Shown here one piece after another: positions 17,890 to 26,396 of a stretch of 64,000 bases of DNA. Position numbers and translations under genes: made by a program. How positions within the stretch are numbered: position 1 is the first letter of the stretch; each line of letters opens with the position of its first letter. Origin of the DNA: Kiritimatiellales bacterium (lineage in GTDB: Bacteria; Verrucomicrobiota; Kiritimatiellia; Kiritimatiellales; Tichowtungiaceae). Where the stretch lies: assembly GCA_041656295.1 (NCBI GenBank), contig JBBADV010000005.1, positions 98,834 through 162,833 of the forward strand, written 5' to 3'. The notes under the pieces were generated by a model that did not search any database, was not told where the DNA came from, and saw only the letters and a program-made list of their open reading frames with translations.

Positions 17890-18561
17890 CTATCTCATGC
17901 TGTTCATCATTCCGGCGAGCCGCCCGGCGCCGAACCCGTTATCAATATTCACGACCGCTACACCGTCGGCGCAACTGTTGAGCATGCCGAGCAGTGCGGC
18001 GAGTCCTTCAAAGCTTGCACCGTAACCGACACTGGTTGGCAGTGCAATCACCGGTTTTGCAACGAGTCCGCCGACCACACTCGCCAGCGCACCTTCCATT
18101 CCGGCAGCAACGATAATTACATTTGCTGAGCGGATTTTCTCTTCCTGTGCAAACAGCCGGTGAATTCCGGCGACTCCGACATCAAAAATCCGCTCAATGC
18201 GGTGCCCCATAAGTTCGGCGGTCAGCGCCGCTTCTTCCGCCGCCGGGATATCGCTCGTGCCGGCGGTTAAAACTAAAATAAAACGGTCCGGATCCGCTGG
18301 AATTTCTTTTTTGCGGACAATAATCAGTCGCGCAGCTTCGTGATATTCCGCCGCCGGAACCAGTTGCTGCACCGCCGTAAAATGTTCCAGCGCGGCGCGC
18401 GTGGCGAGAATGTTTTCATCGCCGGAATCCATTTTTTCCACAATCCGTGCAACCTGCTCCGGTGTTTTACCGGCGCAGAAAATGGCTTCCGGAAAACCGC
18501 GCCGCGCCGGTCGATCTAAATCAATCTTCGCAAAATTTAAAACGCTCTCTGACTTTTTCAT
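17890..18561 (-). CDS. larB: Pyridinium-3,5-biscarboxylic acid mononucleotide synthase (AIR-carboxylase-like)
   Basis: 223 aa. The N-terminal DLDRPARRGFPEAIFCAGKT and the PurE-like C-terminal domain (VLTAGTSDIP, AAGMEGALASVVGG) are typical of LarB. Confidence 0.8.
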   Translation of the reverse strand: MKKSESVLNFAKIDLDRPARRGFPEAIFCAGKTPEQVARIVEKMDSGDENILATRAALEHFTAVQQLVPAAEYHEAARLIIVRKKEIPADPDRFILVLTAGTSDIPAAEEAALTAELMGHRIERIFDVGVAGIHRLFAQEEKIRSANVIIVAAGMEGALASVVGGLVAKPVIALPTSVGYGASFEGLAALLGMLNSCADGVAVVNIDNGFGAGRLAGMMNSMR

Positions 18562-18569
18562 AATTTTTT

Positions 18570-18700
18570 AACCGCTCATTGCCATTTCATTGCTTCGTAT
18601 CCGCGGAGCCTTTCTTCGTTTCGCTCCGAATCACACTGATTTTGCCGCTTCGCTGCTTTGCATTCGCAAAGCCCTTCTTCGAATCACTAATTAGTAATGT
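18570..18700. repeat. Word-rich operon spacer between larE and larB
   Basis: Contains the hairpin GCTTTGC-ATTC-GCAAAGC (18655-18672) and the direct repeat CC(T)TTCTTCG...GAATCAC (18609-18634 and 18672-18687). It also holds a CGCGGA word related to other spacers. Confidence 0.55.
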
Positions 18701-18713
18701 CGATCAGTGAAGA

Positions 18714-19511
18714 TTAGTGGTTTAATTTCTCATTCATGTTTCCCATTCGATAGCCGGAAGGATCGATTTCCACCGCATCAAATCCAAGTGCAGTTAATTT
18801 TTTTCTGATTTCATTTTCCACCGGCGCGAGCGCCACCGGATGTTTAACTTCAATCCGCGCGCGGTTACCGTGATGCCTGACGCGCAGCTGCCCGGTATCA
18901 AACCGGCGGATAAATTTTTCGGCGTCTTCAATCTGCTTCAAGCGCGCCGGTGTTAATTCCAGTCCGTATTCGATGCGTGATGCCAGACACGCCGCCGCCG
19001 GTTTTTCGGCGGTCGGTAGATTCCACCGCCGCGACAGTTCGCGGATTTCCGCTTTAGTGAAACCTGCTTCTTTTAACGGACTGCACACTGCACTCAGTTC
19101 CGCCACCGCTCGTGCGCCGGGGCGGTAATCCAAATCGTCATCCACATTGCTGCCTTCCACAACCCACGCAAAACCGCGCGCGCCGGCAAATTCAATCAGT
19201 TCGGTGAAACGGATTTTTTTACAGTGATAACAGCGGTCGGCGCCGTTCGCCGTAAAATTTTTGTCGGCGAATTCGTGCGTTTCAATCAACACATGTTCAA
19301 CGCCGAACTGCGCTGCAAAATTTGTTGCATCGCAACATTCGTCGCCAGTGAATGTAGCGGAAACGGCGGTGACAGCGAGCACGTGTTCGACGCCGAGGAA
19401 TTTTACGGCAGCAGCGAGCAGCAGTGTGCTGTCCGTTCCGCCGGAAAAAGCCACGGCAGTTTTTTCAAGCTGCCGGAAAATGGTTGCGAGTGTCTGGAGT
19501 TTCTTTTCCAT
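18714..19511 (-). CDS. larE: ATP-dependent sacrificial sulfur transferase (PP-loop ATP pyrophosphatase)
   Basis: PP-loop motif AFSGGTDS with conserved Cys-containing segments. It sits next to larB and the larC remnant. Confidence 0.8.
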   Translation of the reverse strand: MEKKLQTLATIFRQLEKTAVAFSGGTDSTLLLAAAVKFLGVEHVLAVTAVSATFTGDECCDATNFAAQFGVEHVLIETHEFADKNFTANGADRCYHCKKIRFTELIEFAGARGFAWVVEGSNVDDDLDYRPGARAVAELSAVCSPLKEAGFTKAEIRELSRRWNLPTAEKPAAACLASRIEYGLELTPARLKQIEDAEKFIRRFDTGQLRVRHHGNRARIEVKHPVALAPVENEIRKKLTALGFDAVEIDPSGYRMGNMNEKLNH

Positions 19512-19527
19512 TCTGTTTTTTAATTAC

Positions 19528-19654
19528 AACCGCGGATTACGCGGATATAAACGGATGTTTTTAAAATGGCCATAGTTCACAGTTCAGAGTTGGGAAATTC
19601 TCTTTATTTTAATCGTAGTTTATTAATCTGTTTATATCTGTGTTATCCGCGGTT
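19528..19654. repeat. Intergenic foldback: 29-nt inverted arms with a 69-nt core
   Basis: Arms are AACCGCGGATTACGCGGATATAAACGGAT (19528-19556) and ATCTGTTTATATCTGTGTTATCCGCGGTT (19626-19654), matching at 25/29 positions, and 3 of the 4 differences are purine transitions. The core holds CAGTTCAGAGTTGGGAAATTCTC, a word block also present in the foldback elements. Confidence 0.85.
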
Positions 19655-20048
19655 AAATAATTCGCCGGCGGAGTTCTTTTTTTTCGGACTGCCGGTGTTT
19701 ATTTTCCAGCATTTTTTCTTTAGCACGGCGCGAACGCCGGCGTTTCTGCCGCCGGATTTTTTCGCGCTCCTGCTGTTTCGCACTTTTGATCCCGGTCATT
19801 TTTTCTTCGAGTTTATCACACAGTTCACGGCGCGCGGAAAATCGGTTAGACGCCTGCAGGCGCGACTGCTGACATTTTATTTCAATGCCGGACGGCGCGT
19901 GCCGGAGCTGCACGCACGACGAGGTTTTATTAATTTTCTGCCCGCCTTTGCCGGAGCCGCAAATAAACTGCTCGCTCAAATCCTCTGCGCGGATTCCGAG
20001 CGCCGTCATCCGCGCACGCAGTTTTTCCCATTTTTCCGCCGTGATCAT
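19653..20048 (-). CDS. Small GGQ-domain protein of the peptide chain release factor family (ArfB/ICT1-like candidate)
   Basis: 131 aa with SGKGGQKINKTSS (GGQ motif), QQSRLQ..N and a highly basic C-terminal tail (KIRRQKRRRSRRAK). Confidence 0.7.
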   Translation of the reverse strand: MITAEKWEKLRARMTALGIRAEDLSEQFICGSGKGGQKINKTSSCVQLRHAPSGIEIKCQQSRLQASNRFSARRELCDKLEEKMTGIKSAKQQEREKIRRQKRRRSRRAKEKMLENKHRQSEKKELRRRII

Positions 20049-20089
20049 CCAGAAAGCAAACCACGCCGCTGGAAAAAATAACAGATTTT

Positions 20090-21235
20090 TTACCGGTGTT
20101 GATTTTTCACCACATCATCGACCCATTTAAAATATTCAGCGCGTACGGCGGCTTTTTCCGGCCAGCCGCCCTGAATCTGCACTTTAATTCCGGTAATTAA
20201 ATTTTTCGCCGGCCAGCCGATGGTTTCAGTTCCGTATGCGCCGCTGTGCCGGAATTCGCCGCTGTTGCCGATAACCAGTGCGAGGCCGCGGTCGGAAATG
20301 CCGGTCGGATCCTGCCGCGCGGTCATCTCTTTTACGGCAGCAGCGGATAAAATCCGGCGGCCGTTAAATTCGCCGCCGTTCAGCAGCATTTGATAATAAT
20401 AAATGATATCTTCGCCGGTCGAAAAAAGTCCGCCGCCGGGAAACGGCGGGCGGGAGCGGTCGGAAATATCGCCTTCAAAATGATAATAGGAAATCACCTT
20501 GAATTGATTGCCGGTTTTTTCGTTCGGAAGCTGATAGGTTTTTGCAAGATGTTGAAGCTGTGCCGGCGTCGGCCAGAACGTGGTATTTTTCATGCCGAGC
20601 GGATCAAAAATCCGGCACTGCATAAATTCACCGAGCGGTTCTCCGGAAATTACTTCGATAATTGCGCCGACCGTATTGATGCCGGGATTGCTGTATTTAA
20701 ACACCGCGCCGGGTTCGGATTCGAGCGGTATTTCTGCATAGCCGGCGACGATTTCCCGCAGCGGTTTATACGCCATCGCCTGACTGCCGGAAATTCCCGA
20801 AACGTGTGTGAGCAGATCTTTAATTGTAATTGCCCGCGCCGCCGGTTTTTTTTCGTACGAACCGTCTTCTTTTTTTACCGCAACCGGCATATTTTTAAAT
20901 TCCGGCAGAAATTTTTCCACCGGATCGTCAATTTGAACTTTATCTTCGTCCCGCAGCAGCATCAGCGCGCCGGCGATCAGCGTTTTTGTTTCCGATGCCA
21001 CCCAGAACAGCGAATCCGTTTTCATCGAAATTTTATGTTCAATATCCGCAAAACCGGCGGCGTCCACCGCCAGAATGTTATCAGCATCCGCCGCAATTAC
21101 CACAATTCCCGGCAGCTGCCGATTTTCAATGAACGGTGCAAACCGCTCCGGCGCTGATTTCATTTCCGCCTGCATCAGATACGGCATACTCAAAACGCCG
21201 GTGATTGCCAATCCGGTAATTTTTTTCCAGTTCAT
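20090..21235 (-). CDS. Serine hydrolase, beta-lactamase family, secreted
   Basis: Signal peptide, an S-x-x-K motif (ASETKT) and an AAGGAA RBS. Confidence 0.75.
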   Translation of the reverse strand: MNWKKITGLAITGVLSMPYLMQAEMKSAPERFAPFIENRQLPGIVVIAADADNILAVDAAGFADIEHKISMKTDSLFWVASETKTLIAGALMLLRDEDKVQIDDPVEKFLPEFKNMPVAVKKEDGSYEKKPAARAITIKDLLTHVSGISGSQAMAYKPLREIVAGYAEIPLESEPGAVFKYSNPGINTVGAIIEVISGEPLGEFMQCRIFDPLGMKNTTFWPTPAQLQHLAKTYQLPNEKTGNQFKVISYYHFEGDISDRSRPPFPGGGLFSTGEDIIYYYQMLLNGGEFNGRRILSAAAVKEMTARQDPTGISDRGLALVIGNSGEFRHSGAYGTETIGWPAKNLITGIKVQIQGGWPEKAAVRAEYFKWVDDVVKNQHR

Positions 21236-21337
21236 GTTTATTCCTTTTTAAATCTGCAGGAGTGTAATGCCGGTTGCGCCTGATTGATACTCAACCCGGA
21301 TGCGGATACAGCTTTACGTAAAACCGGATTTCCGCCC

Positions 21338-21385
21338 AAAGCCGGTGTCCGGTTCCAACCGGACACCGGCTTTTACAATCTACCG
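21338..21385 (-). repeat. Perfect 17-bp palindrome plus the shared 33-nt motif, copy B
   Basis: AAAGCCGGTGTCCGGTT-CC-AACCGGACACCGGCTTT at 21338-21373, followed by TACAATCTACCG. The reverse complement matches 15978-16009. Confidence 0.8.
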
Positions 21386-21485
21386 TTTCGAACCAAAGCC
21401 TGTTCACCAAAATGCTTTCTGCTTGTGCCCAAACATCTTTGATGCCAGATTTTATTATTCCATTTTTCATGTAGAATATACAGAT

Positions 21486-23987
21486 ATGTCAAAAGGCGCC
21501 AAAACCACACCGATGATGGAGCAGTATATGCGGATCCGGCGGGAGCTGCCGGAAAATACGCTGCTGTTTTTCCGGCTTGGCGATTTTTATGAGATGTTTT
21601 TTGAGGATGCGATTGAAGCGGCGCGCATTCTGGATATTACTCTGACCAAGCGGCATGATATGCCGATGTGCGGCGTGCCTTATCATTCCGCTGAGAATTA
21701 TCTGTCGCAGCTGATTGACGCCGGCAAAAAAGTGGCGGTTTGCGAGCAGGTTGAAGATCCGGCGGCTGTGAAAGGGATTGTCCGGCGCGAGGTGACGCGC
21801 GTGGTGACGCCGGGCACGGTGCTGGATGAAAAGGCGCTCGACCGCGCAAAAAACAATTATCTCGCCGGCGTAGTGAAGGACGGCGCGCGGTTCGGCATGG
21901 CGATGCTGGATTTATCGACCGGTGAATTCTGGATTGAAGAGTTTTCAAGCGCCGGCGCGCTCGCCGGAAATCTGTCGCGTTATGCGCCGCAGGAGTGCAT
22001 CGTCGCCGAAGCATCAGCGGATGATCCTGAATTTGATTGGATCGCCGGGCGCACATTAAAAACAGTGTGCGAAGACTGGACGTTTTCAACCGACTGCGCT
22101 GAAGATTTTCTATTGCGTCATTTTAACATTCATTCGTTAAAAGGGTTCGGTTGCGAACACTGCGCCGCCGGTTTGCGCGCCGCCGGCGCGGTGCTGTATT
22201 ACGTTGCAACCGAACTGCGCCGGAACCTGGCGCACGTCCGGCGCGTGCAGGTGAAAAATCCGGATGATTATGTGCTGCTCGATGAAACGACGGCGATGAA
22301 CCTTGAACTGGTTACGCCGCTCAATCCGGCACGGCAGGGTCCGAAGTCAACGCTGCTGTCAGTACTCGATACAACCAAAACGGCGATGGGCGCACGGATG
22401 CTGCGCGACTGGATTGTACGTCCGCTGCGCGACCTGAATGCAATTCGCGCGCGGCACGATGCAGTAGAAGCATTCACAAAAGACCGGATTCTGCTTTCCG
22501 GCGTACGCGAACTGCTCGGCGACATGCGCGATCTGGAACGGATGATGTCGCGGCTCGGCTCCGGCGGCGGCAACGCGCGCGATTTGCGCGCGGTCGGTGA
22601 ATCGCTGGCGCAGCTGCCGGCACTGAAGCAGCAGCTCGCCGGTTCCGGCCGGTTGAATTTGCTGGTTGAATCGATTACCGAATTCCCGGCGCTGGAAAAA
22701 TCCATTTTTGATGCGATCGACGACGAGCCGCCGGTTTCAGTGAAGGAGGGCGGGATGATCCGGCGCGGCTTTTCGCCGGAGCTCGACGAACTGCGCGACG
22801 CTGCCGGTAAAGGCAAGCAGTGGCTCGCCGAATTTCAGGCGGCGGAACAGGAGCGCACCGGAATTAAATCGCTGAAAGTCCGCTTCAACCAGGTGTTCGG
22901 CTATTTTATTGAAATCACGAAAAGCAACTTGTCGATGGTGCCGGAAAATTATCTCCGCAAGCAGACGATGGTGAACGCGGAACGGTTTATCACGCCGGAG
23001 CTGAAAGAATACGAAAATAAAATTCTCGGCGCGCAGGAGCGCGCCGAAGCGCTGGAGTTCGAACTCTTTTCAAACATCAGAACAGAGGTTGTGCAGCACA
23101 TCGCCGAAATCCAGCGCAATGCGCGTACCGTCGCCGAAGTTGATATCCTGGCATCATTCGCCGCGACCGCGCTGGCGCGCCGTTACGTTCGCCCGGTGAT
23201 GGATGAAAGCGATACACTGATTATTCGCGACGGACGTCACGCTGTCGTTGAGCAAATGCCCGACGCAGAGCGTTTTGTGCCGAACGATACGAATTTGAAT
23301 TGTACCGACCATCAATTGATCGTCATCACCGGCCCGAACATGGCGGGAAAATCAACCTATATCCGGCAGGTTGCACTCATCACGATTATGGCGCATATCG
23401 GTTCGTTTGTGCCGGCGGGCGAAGCACATATCGGTCTGGTTGACCGCGTGTTTACGCGCGTCGGCGCGAGCGATGATCTGGCGCGCGGACGCAGTACATT
23501 CATGGTCGAGATGCAGGAGACGGCGAATATTCTGAATAACGCCACGCCCAAAAGTCTGATCGTGCTAGATGAAATCGGGCGCGGCACGAGTACCTTCGAC
23601 GGCATCAGCATTGCGTGGTCGGTCGCCGAATTTCTCTGCACCCATCCGGCGGTGCGCGCGAAAACGCTTTTTGCCACGCATTATCATGAACTTACCGATT
23701 TGAGCCTGACGATGCCCGGCGTGCAGAACGCCAACGTGCTCGTGAAAGAACACGGCGACCGGATTACATTCCTGCGTAAAATCGTGCCCGGCGCAGCGGA
23801 TAAAAGTTACGGAATTCATGTCGCGCGCCTCGCCGGACTTCCGCCGGCGGTGCTGGAGCGCGCCGCAGAGATTCTAAAAAACCTGGAAGACGGTGAATTT
23901 GAACAAGACGGCGGCGCGCCGAAAATTGCCCGCCGTACGACACGCCGGAAAAAAGATCCCGGCGCCCAGATGGATCTTTTTGGGTAA
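21486..23987 (+). CDS. mutS: DNA mismatch repair protein MutS
   Basis: ORF trimmed to MSKGAKTTPMMEQYMRIR. Has the Walker A motif GPNMAGKST, plus DEIGRGTSTFDG and a THYHEL-type motif. Confidence 0.95.
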   Translation: MSKGAKTTPMMEQYMRIRRELPENTLLFFRLGDFYEMFFEDAIEAARILDITLTKRHDMPMCGVPYHSAENYLSQLIDAGKKVAVCEQVEDPAAVKGIVRREVTRVVTPGTVLDEKALDRAKNNYLAGVVKDGARFGMAMLDLSTGEFWIEEFSSAGALAGNLSRYAPQECIVAEASADDPEFDWIAGRTLKTVCEDWTFSTDCAEDFLLRHFNIHSLKGFGCEHCAAGLRAAGAVLYYVATELRRNLAHVRRVQVKNPDDYVLLDETTAMNLELVTPLNPARQGPKSTLLSVLDTTKTAMGARMLRDWIVRPLRDLNAIRARHDAVEAFTKDRILLSGVRELLGDMRDLERMMSRLGSGGGNARDLRAVGESLAQLPALKQQLAGSGRLNLLVESITEFPALEKSIFDAIDDEPPVSVKEGGMIRRGFSPELDELRDAAGKGKQWLAEFQAAEQERTGIKSLKVRFNQVFGYFIEITKSNLSMVPENYLRKQTMVNAERFITPELKEYENKILGAQERAEALEFELFSNIRTEVVQHIAEIQRNARTVAEVDILASFAATALARRYVRPVMDESDTLIIRDGRHAVVEQMPDAERFVPNDTNLNCTDHQLIVITGPNMAGKSTYIRQVALITIMAHIGSFVPAGEAHIGLVDRVFTRVGASDDLARGRSTFMVEMQETANILNNATPKSLIVLDEIGRGTSTFDGISIAWSVAEFLCTHPAVRAKTLFATHYHELTDLSLTMPGVQNANVLVKEHGDRITFLRKIVPGAADKSYGIHVARLAGLPPAVLERAAEILKNLEDGEFEQDGGAPKIARRTTRRKKDPGAQMDLFG

Positions 23988-24164
23988 ATAGCGGACTCCC
24001 GGTGAGTTAAAATATACAAATATTCCGGTAATAATAAAACTGTCCGGGTTTCTCCGGCACTGCCGTATTAATTCATTCTTTTCTTATTCCTGCTTGATAT
24101 ACTTCTTGTCAAAGGCACCCATTCCGGTAAACTTTTGTTCATGTTTAACGAGGGAGTTTGGTGT

Positions 24165-26132
24165 ATGGCGAATAAAAAGACATTCGGTCAGATTCTGGTT
24201 GTACTCGGATTCATCCTGCTGGCATTCACCGGTATCCGGACAATCAGCGCGCCTGGGATTTTCACTCATATTGCACTCGGACAGGCCGGTAATGCCGCCG
24301 CGGATCTTCTTTCCTATACGATGGCGGATCAATCGTGGATCAATATGACACCGCTCTACAATTCATTCGTTTATGCGCTTTGGAACATGGGCGGCGCCGG
24401 GATGATCGTGATCGTTCACGTTCTGATTGTACTGGCGGCATTCATTCTGATGTACCGCTTCGGCAGAGAGTGGGGCGGTCCGGTGGCGCAGGCGCTGGCG
24501 CTGCTGCTCTGTGCCAGGCTGCTGCTGCCGCTCTTTACGCCGGGACCGTATGTTTTCTTTATGCTTTTCACGGCGTTGTTTATCACGCTGCTTTATCGCG
24601 TCCGGAATTTCATTGTACTCGCCGTCAGCATTCTTGTTCTGCAGGTGCTCTGGACCAATCTGCATCCGTCGTTCCTGTTTGGACCGGTGCTGGTTTTGCT
24701 CTTTGGAATTGAAAACTGGCAGGATTCCCGCAAAACAGCGCGCTCGGCATCGCTCATGACACCGCTTACCCTGCACCTGCTGGGTTTAACCGTTGCCGCG
24801 CTGTTTGCCACACTCGTTAATCCGAATTTGATCAACCTGCACACGCACATCATTTCCAATGGGCTCTCACTGCTGCGCAACGAAAATCAGGAATGGATTT
24901 CACTGTTTAGCGGATATTTTTCAGTTTCCAGTGTCAACAATCTTGTGCGCTTTGCACTCGTGCTTGGCGCCGGCGGACTGATCACACAGAAAAGACGTCT
25001 GCCGTTTCTGCTCACCATCATCGCCCTGTTCGGCGCATTTCTCACTGTGCTGTCGCCGGCATCTATTCACCTGTTTGCATTTCTTGCATTTCCGTTTCTG
25101 ATTCTCAGTTTGAGCGCTATTGGTGAATTTATCGTCCGGTCGTTCCCGTCTGTTTCAAAAGCTAAAATTACTCTATCCACCGCAATACTCGCCGGCCTTG
25201 CCGGTATTCTGATTCTCATATCACTCAGCGCGCTCATTACCAACCGTGCGTATGCCGGAACAAGCAGTGCATCCGCATTCGGACTGAGCGTACAGAAAGA
25301 TGTATTCCCGGATGCAGTTTCCGGAATTCTGGAGCGTAACGATTTCCCGGCGCGTATTATCAACATCGCCCATGACGGCGGATATCTTGCCATGGAAAAT
25401 CCGGCGCGCAAAATTTTCTGCGACACCCGTTTTTCATTTTACGGCGAAGAATTTATGCTCACGCTCAACCGTGCGTTGCGCGGAATCCCGGAAGACTGGC
25501 GTTATATTCTCTCTGAATGGAATCCGCATGCCGTCGTACTGAACGCCTGCTGGCCCGGTACCGGCGCATTTGTCACGCGCCGCATCGCCGACCGGACATG
25601 GAAGCTTGTCTATTTTGACGGCTCTACCGTTATTCTTGTCCGCGATCTGGATGAATACAGAACACTCATTGATGATCCCGATATTCAGAAATACGGACTG
25701 TCCATCCTCGAGCGTTCACGGCAGGAATATATCAGGAAAAATAAGGGCTTTGTCAAAGCCGCTAATCCATCACGTCTGATCGGTGCCGGTGAAATCTATC
25801 TTGCGCTCAACCGTCCGGCGGAAGCGGAGGTCATTTATAAAACCATCACCGCCGGCAATCCGAAAAATTCCGGTGGACTGATTGGGCTCGGTCGCAGCCT
25901 GATGCTGCAGCGGCAGATCTCGCGCGGAATTGAAACCATGGAGTGCGCCGCAAAAATTACACCTCGCAACCCGCACGTTTGGATGAGTCTTTACGAAGCC
26001 TATATGCTCAAAGGTGACAAGGTTAAAGTGCAAGTTGCTGTCGACCGTCTCAGTAAACTCATCAAATCCAGCAAAGACACCGCCACCATTGAACAGCAGG
26101 AGGCGACGCAGAAACAGCCGCAGAAAAAATAA
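24165..26132 (+). CDS. Polytopic membrane protein with C-terminal TPR repeats
   Basis: ATG at 24165 preceded by GAGGGAG. More than 10 hydrophobic helices, then a soluble TPR-like C-terminal region. Function not recognisable. Confidence 0.55.
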   Translation: MANKKTFGQILVVLGFILLAFTGIRTISAPGIFTHIALGQAGNAAADLLSYTMADQSWINMTPLYNSFVYALWNMGGAGMIVIVHVLIVLAAFILMYRFGREWGGPVAQALALLLCARLLLPLFTPGPYVFFMLFTALFITLLYRVRNFIVLAVSILVLQVLWTNLHPSFLFGPVLVLLFGIENWQDSRKTARSASLMTPLTLHLLGLTVAALFATLVNPNLINLHTHIISNGLSLLRNENQEWISLFSGYFSVSSVNNLVRFALVLGAGGLITQKRRLPFLLTIIALFGAFLTVLSPASIHLFAFLAFPFLILSLSAIGEFIVRSFPSVSKAKITLSTAILAGLAGILILISLSALITNRAYAGTSSASAFGLSVQKDVFPDAVSGILERNDFPARIINIAHDGGYLAMENPARKIFCDTRFSFYGEEFMLTLNRALRGIPEDWRYILSEWNPHAVVLNACWPGTGAFVTRRIADRTWKLVYFDGSTVILVRDLDEYRTLIDDPDIQKYGLSILERSRQEYIRKNKGFVKAANPSRLIGAGEIYLALNRPAEAEVIYKTITAGNPKNSGGLIGLGRSLMLQRQISRGIETMECAAKITPRNPHVWMSLYEAYMLKGDKVKVQVAVDRLSKLIKSSKDTATIEQQEATQKQPQKK

Positions 26133-26184
26133 TGCATTACAGGCTGCTCGCCTGATCGCATTTGACCAGATGCCGCCTTTATAA

Positions 26185-26372
26185 TCAGCCGGCGTCCAGT
26201 GCTGTCAATTCTTCCCGCCGCGCGCAGGCGGCTTCAAGTCGCACCGGAATTTTTTCAGCGCACCCGGTAACAGCTTTAATTTCTTCCGGCGCATTTCTGT
26301 AAAAATCGGGATCGTTTAATTTTTGATGCAGCACTGCGAATTCCGCTTCGAGGCTGACAGCGCCCTCTTTTT
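26185..26372 (-). pseudogene. Orphan 3' fragment of an ABC-F (Uup-like) gene
   Basis: Hand translation gives EGAVSLEAEFAVLHQKLNDPDFYRNAPEEIKAVTGCAEKIPVRLEAACARREELTALDAG*. This parallels the C-terminus of the intact ABC-F gene (LEAELEELHQKLNDPEFYRCPPEEIKTVTDRAEAVPAELEAAYARWEELESFET*). A TAA lies immediately upstream in frame and there is no start codon. Confidence 0.7.
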
Positions 26373-26396
26373 AAGAATAAGTTTCGAAAAGAATCA

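Noticed and set aside
21300-21485. A 62-codon N-terminal extension of MutS in the ORF track.
   Set aside because: The extension is encoded by the palindrome and shared-motif repeat plus AT-rich promoter-like DNA. The conserved MutS N-terminus (MSKGAKTTPMMEQY) begins at the ATG at 21486.
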